Source: Chlamydiales bacterium (GTDB taxonomy: Bacteria > Chlamydiota > Chlamydiia > Chlamydiales > JBDQID01). From it: 21,790 nt of DNA. Every line of letters begins with the position of its first letter. The stretch's first letter is position 1. Where the stretch lies: contig JBLFWS010000043.1 in assembly GCA_047611865.1 (NCBI GenBank), positions 1-21,790 on the forward strand. Reading direction: 5' to 3'. The notes under the pieces were generated by a model. The model had not been told where the DNA came from. It saw only the letters and a program-made list of their open reading frames with translations, and ran no database searches. The position numbers were made by a program, and so were the translations under genes. Below, piece after piece: positions 1-9,250 of the stretch.

Positions 1-95
1 TTTTTACGATTGTACCCTAAATATTCCTAATTTTATACCCTCCCCATCGAATTTCACTCATCCTGTCCCTCTTTTTGCGCTTTCCCCCACTATCA

Positions 96-511
96 GGCGT
101 TGTTGTATAAAAAACCACTGAGGGGCGTTGTTGCATAAAACATGCGTCTACAAGAGACTTATGATTAACATTTTACCACCGAGATCACAGACTCGACTTT
201 CGACATTTGTGCCTCATATCACTTATCATAAGTACTATAAACCACAGAGGACACAGAGAGGACCACTGAAAAATAAAATAGCCCAGAAGACGCCTCTCAG
301 AGGTCTCAAAATCTTCTCTGGTGAGCTCTGCGTTCTCTGTGCTTCAAAAATGTTGAAAGTCGAGACAGAGGGCACAGAGAAAATAAAAAATCACAGATCA
401 GTTGATAGCATATTCTGAGAGACTTTATGCATTTTTCTATCTCTCTGTGTTCTCGGTGCTCCCGGTGGTTAAATAAATGATTGTAAATGTATTAAGTTAT
501 GCAACAACGCC
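96..511. mobile_element. Non-autonomous MITE with IS903-group (IS5 family)-like ends
   Basis: Left end GGCGTTGTTGTATAA (96-110) is the 14/15 inverted match of right end TTATGCAACAACGCC (497-511). A perfect 9-bp direct repeat CCACTATCA flanks it (87-95 and 512-520). A second internal end GGCGTTGTTGCATAA lies at 124-138. The ends resemble the IS903 IR GGCTTTGTTGAATAA, and IS903 makes 9-bp duplications. No transposase inside. Confidence 0.85.
175..470. repeat. REP-like CACAGAG/CTCTGTG short repeats inside the MITE
   Basis: ACCACCGAGATCACAGA (175-191), ACCACAGAGGACACAGAGAG (241-260) and ACAGAGGGCACAGAGA (365-380), with inverse copies CTCTGCGTTCTCTGTG (326-341) and CTCTGTGTTCTCGGTGCTCCCGGTGGTT (443-470). 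Confidence 0.7.
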
Positions 512-624
512 CCACTATCAAGGGATCTCTAGTCAGCAAATCCCGCGTTAACTAACTAAAAACACAGTTTAGTACCATTTTTTATCAATATTACATGACT
601 TTTAAAGTATTTGTAAATTTTTTG

Positions 625-653
625 TTGACAAACAATAAAAATATCATTATTAT
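625..653 (+). promoter_or_regulatory. sigma70/sigma66-type promoter
   Basis: TTGACA (625-630)-N17-TATTAT (648-653), about 50 bp upstream of ATG 703. Confidence 0.7.
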
Positions 654-702
654 TCTAATAAGAGGAAGGGAAATAACTATAACAAAACAAAGGTGTTATA
701 AT

Positions 703-1638
703 ATGACTTCCTCAAGCCTAAATCCAGCTTTCAACCATTTTGTATACTCCACTATTGCCCATTCTGATACGGGCAAATCCAGAACTGCTCCCTGGAAAGG
801 GAAAACCAATAAATTTTTATCTCTAGTTGAAAATAGAATCCTCCAACTCGAAGAAAATGGTCTAATACCTCAAAGGTATGCCCTTGAATGCCTTAAATCC
901 CTATTAGGTAGAATTGAAAGTGACATATCATCACGTAGTGGATGTGGCTGGAAAGCAGGTAAAAGAGGGACCAAACTAGAAAAAGTACAGGCCCTCATAG
1001 CCAAGTTATCCGATGACTTCAAAGCTCCACCTATTGATTCATTAGAAGGTTTTGCAACTTGCTTGCCAGAAGGCTTTGACCGCTCTATTGATTTTGCAGA
1101 GGCACATAAAAAAATAGAAGCAGCCAAAGGAAAAGATAAAGGCCAAATAAACCGGGATAGCTCCGGAAGAGGAAGCTTTTTCTTTACCAACAGTGCTGGC
1201 CAATCCGAAAAGCTACCCAACAATCCTGAAGAAATTAAAAACTTCCTAATTGGCAAGCTCGAAGCTACATTACTAGGTTCAAATATGCCGAAAGACACAA
1301 AAGAAAAAATTGTTGAAGACTTGATGTACGCCAGCACTCAAGATCCCATGAACCAATTATCCCTCTACACTATGCCAAACGGTATTGGTGGAGGCTCTGA
1401 TAGCACATACTATAAAATCAATTATCTTGTGGACCCAAAAACAGAGGAGGGAGCTTACGAGCTTTCCACAACCCGTGAGGGAATATTCACAACTAAATCA
1501 GACATCCATGCTAAGAAACAAGACAAAAAGCCTGTTGTTTTCCGTGCTCATGGAAAAGCCGAAATCACCCTGGATAAAGAAGACCCCAGTTCATTTGAAA
1601 CACAAATGACGGTCAACCTCTATAACTGGGTAGGATAA
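703..1638 (+). CDS. Hypothetical protein (311 aa), possible secreted effector
   Basis: Long ORF. Start moved from 595 to ATG 703 because a promoter lies at 625-653 and an AAGGTG SD-like motif precedes 703. Ser-rich N-terminus MTSSSLNPAF; no family recognised. Confidence 0.75.
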   Translation: MTSSSLNPAFNHFVYSTIAHSDTGKSRTAPWKGKTNKFLSLVENRILQLEENGLIPQRYALECLKSLLGRIESDISSRSGCGWKAGKRGTKLEKVQALIAKLSDDFKAPPIDSLEGFATCLPEGFDRSIDFAEAHKKIEAAKGKDKGQINRDSSGRGSFFFTNSAGQSEKLPNNPEEIKNFLIGKLEATLLGSNMPKDTKEKIVEDLMYASTQDPMNQLSLYTMPNGIGGGSDSTYYKINYLVDPKTEEGAYELSTTREGIFTTKSDIHAKKQDKKPVVFRAHGKAEITLDKEDPSSFETQMTVNLYNWVG

Positions 1639-1644
1639 TAAATC

Positions 1645-1683
1645 AAAAGAGAAGGAGCTGGAACTACCAGCCCCTTCTCTTTT
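1645..1683 (+). terminator. Intrinsic terminator, possibly bidirectional
   Basis: AAAAGAGAAGGAGCTGG-aacta-CCAGCCCCTTCTCTTTT, a 16/17 inverted repeat ending in a T-run just after stop 1638. Confidence 0.8.
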
Positions 1684-1714
1684 AATAAAAAAGGGAATAG
1701 TTTAAATTTATTTA

Positions 1715-1743
1715 TTGACTTCACACTGCCTATTTAGTATACT
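1715..1743 (+). promoter_or_regulatory. sigma70/sigma66-type promoter
   Basis: TTGACT (1715-1720)-N17-TATACT (1738-1743) upstream of ATG 1810. Confidence 0.7.
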
Positions 1744-1809
1744 TTATACTTTTAGTAAATAAAAACTTACTAAGTTAAACAATAAAGATCTAATCCATAG
1801 GCCATAGAA

Positions 1810-2952
1810 ATGACAATAGCTCCAATAGCTAACCCTCTTCTACCAAAACTCCTTACACCAGAAGCACCACATAGACAAAACTCCTCAGATATTGGAAGTC
1901 GTATTTATTCCTATCTGTCTACATGCTTTTCCCACAATCGACGTAACTCAGACTCTTCCGAAGAACTAAAGCAAAATCAGCTTCTTACAGATAAAATTCA
2001 TAAGATTGCAAAACAAATTCCAGATGATACCAGCAGCCTAAATAATTCTGAGCGTATACTTAAATTGATCAGTAGCTTCTGCCAAGACTTATTGATAAAT
2101 AAAAACGGCATCCCCCTAAACTTTGATAGCAACCTCGTTCTCAACGCCCAAAAAAGCCTAAGTACAAGCACAAATGAAATCGATAAACTTGCAGCTGCAG
2201 ATTTTCTCAATGAATTCAGTCAGATAAAGGCTACATTTACCAATCAACCTGTTGCCGACAAATCTCCCGATAAAAGAATCATAAAAGCTAAGCTATATAA
2301 ATTTGCAAGAGCTCATGATCGCTTCAAAATCGGCCTTGAAACACGACGTGCAATCGAAGAAGGAAAAAAGGCTCTCGCCATGGCAAATTCACACAATCCC
2401 GAACTTGCTGAAAAAGGCCTCGAATTACTCCAGTTAAAACACCCCTTAATCTACAAAAGTATTCTCAAGCCTAGCTACATTTACAGACAATCCCAGATCC
2501 ACAACATGATCCTTGGGGTTCGAGATCATTTAAAACTCTTAAAAAAATCCCCGAAACAAGAACTTAAGTTTCGCGATGCCCTCACCAACAGTGACTCTGA
2601 AGTTTTTTTTACGATTCCAGCCTTAGGAATTCTAAAAACTTTAAACAAATCCCTAAAAATTAATGGAATATCCCTTCGCCATAATAGCTCTTGGGATGAG
2701 AGCACAGACCTCCCAGATTCACTTAAAGATCGTTTTCAGGAGCTCACATCTGCCAAAGAAGAACTCCAGAACTTAATACAAAACAACTCTGTTAAAGCTG
2801 ACGACATCTCCCTTGCCCTTACAGATAAGGAACATCTGCAAAGCAATCCCCAACTCACTAATCTTCGCAACAAGCTCTATTCCATTGCAGTTAAAATGTC
2901 TCAAGAATTTTCCCGAGATTTCGAGGATATACTACAAGAAATCAAAGTGTAG
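1810..2952 (+). CDS. Hypothetical protein (380 aa), probably helical/coiled-coil, possible effector
   Basis: Long ORF with its own promoter. Pro/Ser-rich N-terminus and L/K/E/Q-rich body; no family recognised. Confidence 0.75.
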   Translation: MTIAPIANPLLPKLLTPEAPHRQNSSDIGSRIYSYLSTCFSHNRRNSDSSEELKQNQLLTDKIHKIAKQIPDDTSSLNNSERILKLISSFCQDLLINKNGIPLNFDSNLVLNAQKSLSTSTNEIDKLAAADFLNEFSQIKATFTNQPVADKSPDKRIIKAKLYKFARAHDRFKIGLETRRAIEEGKKALAMANSHNPELAEKGLELLQLKHPLIYKSILKPSYIYRQSQIHNMILGVRDHLKLLKKSPKQELKFRDALTNSDSEVFFTIPALGILKTLNKSLKINGISLRHNSSWDESTDLPDSLKDRFQELTSAKEELQNLIQNNSVKADDISLALTDKEHLQSNPQLTNLRNKLYSIAVKMSQEFSRDFEDILQEIKV

Positions 2953-3066
2953 AAGCTTAAGCCCCCTCCCGCTCAATATGTAAAATTAGTTTTTGAACTT
3001 TATAGACATTCCAGCTATCTTCAAATATAAAGACAGAAGCAAAACACTACAGCAAAGAGCAGAAGT

Positions 3067-4701
3067 ATGGATTCATTTGCGGGTTTTATTGCCGGTTTCG
3101 CGTTCTTCTTGGTTGGTCTAAAGCTTTTTTCTACTAACCTGAATCAAATCACAAGTAAGCGTTTCCGTACTCTTATAACCAGATTCACTCCCAATGATTG
3201 GCTAGCCGGAATGTGGGGAGTGCTACTTAGCCTCCTAACAGCGGGAAATACCGTCCTCACCCCCTGTATTACCGCAGGCTTTGAGTCCGTCCATGCGATA
3301 AATTTTCGAAAGGCCATTCAAATTGTTCTTTGGAGCCGGGTAGGAGCTTGCTTCTTTATCTACTTAGCTGGCTTTAACATTAAGTTACTAGTTCTCATAT
3401 TGATGGGCTTCGCCGGGATCTCTTTCGCCATTAATAAACCCAAACATTATAACAACCTTACGTCTTCAATTTTCAATCTCGGTTTAGTTTTATTCGGAAT
3501 ACAACTGATCAAAGGAAGCTCCAAAGTCCTCATTAAACTCGATTGGTTTCATAATGTTATTGAATATACCCAGCAGTTTCCTGAAATAGCCTTCATTGCA
3601 GGAATTCTTTTCATCCTCGGGGCACAAAGCCTCTTCGGAGCTTTGGTCGTTGCTTTAAGCTTTATTGATTCAGGGATCTTCGACATCCAGCAAGCTATTT
3701 TATTTACTTACGGTGTGTACTTGGGAGAAGCGATTCTAAAAACATTGCACCTGACTTCTTTCAAAGGCATCTTCAAACAAGTCATGTGCCTACTGCCCAT
3801 CATATATTTTGCTACCTTTCTGACGGGTATTCTAACCTATATAGCCAACGCAATGGATTTCCCTTTTATCCAACATTATGCTCATATTTGGGCTTCAAGC
3901 CCAAAACAAGAGTTAGCTCACCTCAACTTTGGCATACATCTGTTCACTGTTTCACTACTGTCTATTGGAGTCTTGGGTGTAGAAGCTTTAGTATATGCGC
4001 TCCTGGGCAAGCCCAAAACAGAAGAAGTTAAGGCAATTGATATCCCCGATGGAATACTCGACGATCCCATCATGACAATGACCCTAATCGAACAGGAAAA
4101 AAATCGATTAATTCATAAGTTTCCTAATTACTTAGAAAATATACGTTCCGGTGAAAGTCAAAAGGAACCACTTACCCACAACAATTTACATTGTTATTTA
4201 AAAGAAAATCTAGAAGACATCCATGATATCTTCAATGAGTTGTTAGAAAGAAGCCACTATCATCCCGAAATAAGTGCTCAACTCCTTCTTGCCATTGAAA
4301 GACAAAATCTCCTCAGCGCTCTGGAAGAAAACCTTTACAACTTCAGCATCACCGTAGACTTTTTAAGAGAACAAACTAAAAGTAACGTAGAATTATCGAA
4401 TAAGTTCCTCAACTTTGCTGAAGCCATGGACGCAACCCTGCTCACCATGATCGATGTTCTGGATGACCCGAAAGAATCTTTCAATTTAGATGCCCTTATG
4501 AAGATCACCTCAGGAAGGGAAGACTTTATGAAAGATATCCGGGAGCAATACTCTAGCCAGCTAGCTATAACAGAAAAAGTCGAACTCATTTCACTAGTCA
4601 ACCTTTTCGAATCGAATATCTGGATCGTCAAAAAAATCGCCAACTCAGTATACGAAGGCGAGTTCATTTTGGAAGAAACTACGGCTAAAGCAGGAGCGTA
4701 A
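3067..4701 (+). CDS. Na+/Pi cotransporter family (NptA/YjbB-like) membrane protein with PhoU-like C-terminal region
   Basis: N-terminal GFAFFLVGLKLFSTNL and internal repeat GLVLFGIQLIKGS, about 310 aa hydrophobic, AHLNF helix, then a soluble helical C-terminus. Length (544 aa) and architecture are typical of the family. Confidence 0.7.
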   Translation: MDSFAGFIAGFAFFLVGLKLFSTNLNQITSKRFRTLITRFTPNDWLAGMWGVLLSLLTAGNTVLTPCITAGFESVHAINFRKAIQIVLWSRVGACFFIYLAGFNIKLLVLILMGFAGISFAINKPKHYNNLTSSIFNLGLVLFGIQLIKGSSKVLIKLDWFHNVIEYTQQFPEIAFIAGILFILGAQSLFGALVVALSFIDSGIFDIQQAILFTYGVYLGEAILKTLHLTSFKGIFKQVMCLLPIIYFATFLTGILTYIANAMDFPFIQHYAHIWASSPKQELAHLNFGIHLFTVSLLSIGVLGVEALVYALLGKPKTEEVKAIDIPDGILDDPIMTMTLIEQEKNRLIHKFPNYLENIRSGESQKEPLTHNNLHCYLKENLEDIHDIFNELLERSHYHPEISAQLLLAIERQNLLSALEENLYNFSITVDFLREQTKSNVELSNKFLNFAEAMDATLLTMIDVLDDPKESFNLDALMKITSGREDFMKDIREQYSSQLAITEKVELISLVNLFESNIWIVKKIANSVYEGEFILEETTAKAGA

Positions 4702-5308
4702 TTGCCTGATAGAAAAAGTTCAGGCCAAAAGTTATAAAAAATATTCCAGCCAAGACACAGACAAGCTTCATGCGGCTATCTGTAATATACGATTTTCCAA
4801 AGTGTAAAACTGTAGAAAGAAACAGCGACCAGATCAGCACACCTAAGATAATTCCAAGATGACCGATTAGTGCAGAAATTGTCAGACTTTCCGGTGGAAG
4901 AGATCCCATTACGGCACCAAAAACACCCAACCACCAGACCACGGACATTGGATTTATAACGGCGAGTGAAAAACCGAGAATAAAAGCATTTGTCCCTGAC
5001 GCTTCTTCTGAATCTATAAACAGCTTCTTTTTAAAACCGTCAAGAATATTTTGGACACCAAAGTAGATTAAAACTATAGATCCCAAAATCATTATGGAAG
5101 TCCTGACGACGGGCAGTGACATAAATGGTGCTAAACCGAAGAAAGTCAGCAAAAGATAGAATAAATCTCCCGCAGCCCCTCCGACACAGACAGAAAAGGC
5201 AGCTATGAAACCACGGCGCAAACCTCTCTTTATGACCTCAATACTTAGGGGGCCGATAGGAGCAGCGAGGCTAATCCCCAATAAAATACTTGTTCCAAGT
5301 CCGAACAT
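4685..5308 (-). CDS. LysE family amino-acid exporter
   Basis: GISLAAPIGP..IEVIKRGLRRGF, G...GD and GF.LAVINP...WW motifs; 207 aa, hydrophobic. Overlaps the convergent gene by 17 bp. Confidence 0.9.
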   Translation of the reverse strand: MFGLGTSILLGISLAAPIGPLSIEVIKRGLRRGFIAAFSVCVGGAAGDLFYLLLTFFGLAPFMSLPVVRTSIMILGSIVLIYFGVQNILDGFKKKLFIDSEEASGTNAFILGFSLAVINPMSVVWWLGVFGAVMGSLPPESLTISALIGHLGIILGVLIWSLFLSTVLHFGKSYITDSRMKLVCVLAGIFFITFGLNFFYQAITLLL

Positions 5309-5500
5309 AAAAAATAACCCAACTATTTATAATTATATTTTTATATACTAAATCCAAGATGGTACTATAACAGAAATACCTATTGTTTTCAAGGTTTTAC
5401 AGGTCAAGCACTTAGATGCAAACTTATTTATTTAAAGATCCGCGTCGAGAACTCGACTTAAAGAAATTGATATTTTTTGATTTTTTTTAAAAAAAAAGAA

Positions 5501-5588
5501 CGGAGGAGGAGGGATTCGAACCCTCGGTACCCGATTAGAGTACACACGCTTTCCAAGCGTGCTCATTCGGCCACTCTGACACCCCTCC
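5501..5588 (-). tRNA. tRNA-Ser (GGA)
   Basis: Minus strand: acceptor GGAGGGG/CTCCTCC plus discriminator G, D-arm TCAGAGTGGCCGAATGA, anticodon arm CACGC-TTGGAAA-GCGTG, long variable arm, T-arm GAGGG-TTCGAAT-CCCTC. CCA is not encoded. Confidence 0.96.
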
Positions 5589-5749
5589 GTTAAAGAAGCT
5601 AACAAATTACCCCAAAAGAGAATTATCTTCAAGGCAAATCAGAACTTTAAGCTGTTAATATCGACAGACTAATTAGAAAATTACCTTGTAAAATATACTA
5701 ATTAGATGCATGCTCTTTTTTGCGAATTCTCATTTACACGGAAGTTTTT

Positions 5750-6736
5750 ATGATCCATCTCTTAACATATTTAAATAGATTTAATAGCAAATTTGGCCTT
5801 CCTTTTTTAGCCTATTTTCTCCTTCTCCAGTCTTGCTCATCCATCGAGGATAGCACCGATTCCTCTCAAGCGCGCATCGTCACAAGCATTGCCCCCTACA
5901 AGTATTTTATTGAACGAATTGCCGGAGATTCTGTCACGATCAGCGTTTTGGTCCCTAATGGTGAAAGCCCGCACACCTTTGAGCCCACACCAAAACAAGT
6001 TATACTCGCAAGCCAAGCCAAGGCTTGGTTTCAAGTGGGAGACCCTTTTGAACAAAAAATGTCCATCCCACTAAAGCAAAGCAATCCCGCAATGCTCATC
6101 ATCGACCTACGTGACGGCCTATCCCTAATTCAGGATGAACATCACCATTGCCATGATCACGATTGTCATAATCACAATCATGATAGTCATAATCACAATC
6201 ATGATAGTCATGATCAAACCCATGAAACACATCATGACGGCATGGACGTACACACTTGGTTAAGTCCCAAACTTGCTATGAAACAAGCCAGATCTATCGC
6301 AAAAACTCTTATACAAGTTCTCCCCGAACAAAAAGACAATTTCACCAAAGGTCTTGAAGGGCTACTTGAAGATCTTCATAAATTGGATGACGATATCAAC
6401 GGCATGCTTAGTGAATATCAAGGGCGTACTCTAATGTTTTCCCACTCAGCCTTTACCTATTTCTGTCTTGATTATAAACTTGAACAGTTCGCTATTGAGT
6501 GTGAAGGAAAAGAACCTCACCCCTCATACATCACAAAGACGATGGAAAATGCTAAAAAATCTAAAATCGGAAGTATCTTTCTACAAAAAGAATGCAGCGA
6601 AAAAGGTGGAAAAAGAATCGCAGAGGCCCTTGATCTCAAAACCATATACATTTATCCCTATGCGGAAAACTACCTAGAAAACATGCGTCAGATATCCCTC
6701 GAATTCAGAAGAGAGCTTTCACAACATGCAGAATGA
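5750..6736 (+). CDS. znuA: Zn/Mn ABC transporter substrate-binding lipoprotein (ZnuA/AdcA-like)
   Basis: Lipobox LLQSC; SPHTFEPTP, DVHTWLSP and HSAFTYF metal-ligand motifs; His-rich loop. ATG 5750 preferred over TTG 5720. Confidence 0.9.
   Translation: MIHLLTYLNRFNSKFGLPFLAYFLLLQSCSSIEDSTDSSQARIVTSIAPYKYFIERIAGDSVTISVLVPNGESPHTFEPTPKQVILASQAKAWFQVGDPFEQKMSIPLKQSNPAMLIIDLRDGLSLIQDEHHHCHDHDCHNHNHDSHNHNHDSHDQTHETHHDGMDVHTWLSPKLAMKQARSIAKTLIQVLPEQKDNFTKGLEGLLEDLHKLDDDINGMLSEYQGRTLMFSHSAFTYFCLDYKLEQFAIECEGKEPHPSYITKTMENAKKSKIGSIFLQKECSEKGGKRIAEALDLKTIYIYPYAENYLENMRQISLEFRRELSQHAE
6165..6211 (+). repeat. 21-bp tandem repeat in the His-rich loop
   Basis: GTCATAATCACAATCATGATA twice plus GTCAT, encoding HNHNHDS twice. 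Confidence 0.9.
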
Positions 6737-7460
6737 ACTTCTGGTACATGCTGAAAATTTGTCGTTCCAGTACGGCAAGACACCCATACTGGAAGGTATT
6801 AACCTCAAGGTCGAGAAAGGCCAGTTCGTTGGAATAATAGGCCCCAATGGTGGTGGTAAGACCACACTATTAAAACTCATCCTTGGCTTTCTAAAACCCA
6901 CAAAAGGAAGTATCAAGGTTTTGGGAGAAAGCCCAAAGGCCGCACGAAAAAAAATGTCCTATGTTCCTCAGGCACTACATCGCGACAAAGAGTTCCCCAT
7001 TTCCGTCATCGACGTTGTATTAGGTGGAAAACTTTCAGAATATTCCTGGTTTAGCGGCTATAGCAAGGATGCTATTACTCAAGCTTATAGCTTACTTGAA
7101 AGACTAGAATTAAAAGATCTTGCTCACAGTCCTTTTGGAAATTTATCTGGTGGACAAGCTCAAAAAACACTCATTGCACGAGCCTTGATTTCTGAACCCG
7201 AAATTCTATTGCTTGATGAGCCTACCTCCAGTGTTGATGCAAAATCGGAAAAGGAAATACACGAAATCCTCAGATCCCTCCAAGGACAGATGTCTATCCT
7301 TATGGTAACGCACGATATACGTGCGATTATCGACAACACAAAAAACATCCTTTCTGTGCATCGTAAAGTCGTTACTATGAAGCCAGCAGACGTTTGTGAA
7401 CATTTTGCTCTAGGAGTCTATCACACTCCTCTAATACAAAATTCAAACTCAGAAACCTAA
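6726..7460 (+). CDS. znuC: Metal ABC transporter ATP-binding protein
   Basis: Walker A GPNGGGKTT, signature LSGGQ, Walker B LLLDEP, H-loop VTHD; overlaps the preceding gene. Confidence 0.92.
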   Translation: MQNELLVHAENLSFQYGKTPILEGINLKVEKGQFVGIIGPNGGGKTTLLKLILGFLKPTKGSIKVLGESPKAARKKMSYVPQALHRDKEFPISVIDVVLGGKLSEYSWFSGYSKDAITQAYSLLERLELKDLAHSPFGNLSGGQAQKTLIARALISEPEILLLDEPTSSVDAKSEKEIHEILRSLQGQMSILMVTHDIRAIIDNTKNILSVHRKVVTMKPADVCEHFALGVYHTPLIQNSNSET

Positions 7461-7485
7461 AAGCTACCTTACAGAGATTAAAGCA

Positions 7486-8355
7486 ATGTCGTTTACGCAA
7501 GCCCTATTATCCAATCCTCTTCTTCAGTCTGCTTTATTTGCGGGATTACTCGCCTCATTTGCCAGCGGCATTATTGGTTCATATGTAGTAGTTAAACGAA
7601 TAGTTTTCATCAGCGGTAGCATAGCTCACTCCATTCTAGGTGGCCTAGGCCTATTTCTATGGCTCCAGCGTACTTATGGTCTGGTATGGCTTTCACCTCT
7701 TCACGGAGCCCTCCTTGCCGGTATTCTTGCCGCTATCGCAATTGGATGGATTCACTTAAGGTACCGCCAAAGGGAAGACTCTGTCATAGCTGCATTATGG
7801 TCCACGGGAATGGCTATTGGAGTAATCTTTATATCTATCACTCCTGGCTCCAATGCCGAACTCTCCAATTACCTCATTGGAAATATTCTTTGGGTAAGTA
7901 AAAGCGACCTGTGGATGCTTTTCTCTCTTGATGTCCTCATCATAACTACAGTAGTTTTTCTCTATCAAAAATTATTGATACTTTGTTTCGATGAAGAACA
8001 GGCTCTCATGCAAGGAGTACCCGTAGAAAAGCTATACTACCTTTTACTTGTCCTAGTAGCCATTTCTGTAGTTCTTTTGATGCAAATTGTAGGTATTATC
8101 CTCGTGATCACCATGCTGACTCTACCCGCAACTATTGCCAACCTGTTCACAAAAAAACTATCATACATGATGCTTCTGGCAACTCTTCTAGGCACATGCT
8201 TTTGCTTTATAGGTCTCACTATATCTTATGAATTCGAATGGCCTCCTGGAGCCACCATTGCCCTTTTCGCAGGGGTATGCTATCTCATATCCTTGCTTTC
8301 GATAGAAAGGCGATTCAGATTAAGCAATCGTGAGGCCGATACTCAAGAGATCTAA
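7486..8355 (+). CDS. znuB: Metal ABC transporter permease (ABC-3 family)
   Basis: GSYVVVKRIVFISGSIAHSILGG, YLIGNILWV, FDEEQA..QGV and IVGIILVITMLTLPA motifs. Confidence 0.92.
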   Translation: MSFTQALLSNPLLQSALFAGLLASFASGIIGSYVVVKRIVFISGSIAHSILGGLGLFLWLQRTYGLVWLSPLHGALLAGILAAIAIGWIHLRYRQREDSVIAALWSTGMAIGVIFISITPGSNAELSNYLIGNILWVSKSDLWMLFSLDVLIITTVVFLYQKLLILCFDEEQALMQGVPVEKLYYLLLVLVAISVVLLMQIVGIILVITMLTLPATIANLFTKKLSYMMLLATLLGTCFCFIGLTISYEFEWPPGATIALFAGVCYLISLLSIERRFRLSNREADTQEI

Positions 8356-8374
8356 TTGAATTGGAGTACTAAAT

Positions 8375-9082
8375 ATGTGTGGCAGATTTACCATCACATC
8401 CGATGGTCCAAGCATTTTAAAGCGCTTTGGCTTAGATCAAAAAGAATTCCCTTTTCACCCCCGCTACAATCTCGCCCCAGGACAAATAGCTCCTGTAATC
8501 ACAAAAAATTCCTCCCGTCAGGTTTTTGCAATGAAATGGGGCCTTGTACCCCATTGGGCAAAAGACCCAAATGTGGGTTTCAAAATGATAAACGCCCGAG
8601 CTGAAACCCTTGCTCAAAAACCTTCATTTCGTCATCCCTTTCGACACAAGCGCTGTCTGATACCAGGTGATAGCTTCTATGAATGGAAAAAAGACCGATC
8701 CACAAACTCTAAAATACCCTTCCGCTTTCATCTCAAAGAACAAAAACTTTTTGCTTTTGCAGGCTTATGGGAAGAATGGATAAACCCGCAAGGGAGTCCC
8801 CTTCAAACCTTTAGTATCGTCACAACTAATGCTAATAGTTTAGTTTCCCCCATACACGATCGCATGCCCGCAATCTTAAATGAGGAAGATGAAAGCATAT
8901 GGTTAGATCATTCAATTGACAATTTAGAAATAATAGGAAGCCTTCTGAAGCCTTATCCTAGGGATCAAATGGACTCTTACAAAGTCTCGCCTCTCGTAAA
9001 CTCCGTAAAGAACGACTCACCTAAATGTTTGGAGACCTCTATAGAACTCTCTCAGGCTGACTTGTTCATGGACTTTCAATAG
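8375..9082 (+). CDS. SRAP family abasic-site-protecting protein (YedK/HMCES-like)
   Basis: N-terminal MCGRF (catalytic Cys2), YNLAP, WGLVP, INARAET, RCLIP...FYEW and IHDRMP motifs. Confidence 0.95.
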   Translation: MCGRFTITSDGPSILKRFGLDQKEFPFHPRYNLAPGQIAPVITKNSSRQVFAMKWGLVPHWAKDPNVGFKMINARAETLAQKPSFRHPFRHKRCLIPGDSFYEWKKDRSTNSKIPFRFHLKEQKLFAFAGLWEEWINPQGSPLQTFSIVTTNANSLVSPIHDRMPAILNEEDESIWLDHSIDNLEIIGSLLKPYPRDQMDSYKVSPLVNSVKNDSPKCLETSIELSQADLFMDFQ

Positions 9083-9189
9083 TCTAAAATCACGCCAAAT
9101 TACGTCTGATAAACCTGCCATAATGCCATTCTGAGCAACGGAAGATGGTCAGAAAAAGTTCGTCAAAGGAACCCTTCTAAACACCCGAT

Positions 9190-9250
9190 TGCTCTGTCAA
9201 ACTTAAGATTGGGGGTTGATTTACCAAGATTAAGCTCGACAGAGCACTAG
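9190..9250. repeat. Small palindromic MITE-like remnant ending in CTAG
   Basis: TGCTCTGTCAAACTTAA (9190-9206) pairs 15/17 with TTAAGCTCGACAGAGCA (9230-9246), followed by a CTAG shared with the next element. Confidence 0.55.

Noticed and set aside
128..418. 96-aa ORF
   Set aside because: Lies inside the MITE, starts within an IR and translates the REP-like repeats (PQRTQR); no transposase motifs.
175..470. Possible CRISPR array
   Set aside because: Repeats are short, degenerate, in both orientations and irregularly spaced; no cas genes in the window.
595..702. N-terminal extension of ORF 595-1638
   Set aside because: Overlaps the promoter and SD of the ATG at 703.
1..5500. Genomic island integrated at the tRNA-Ser 3' end
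   Set aside because: No duplicated tRNA 3' end or integrase seen in the window; cannot be excluded beyond the left edge.
5432..5632. 66-aa minus-strand ORF
   Set aside because: Shadow translation of tRNA-Ser.
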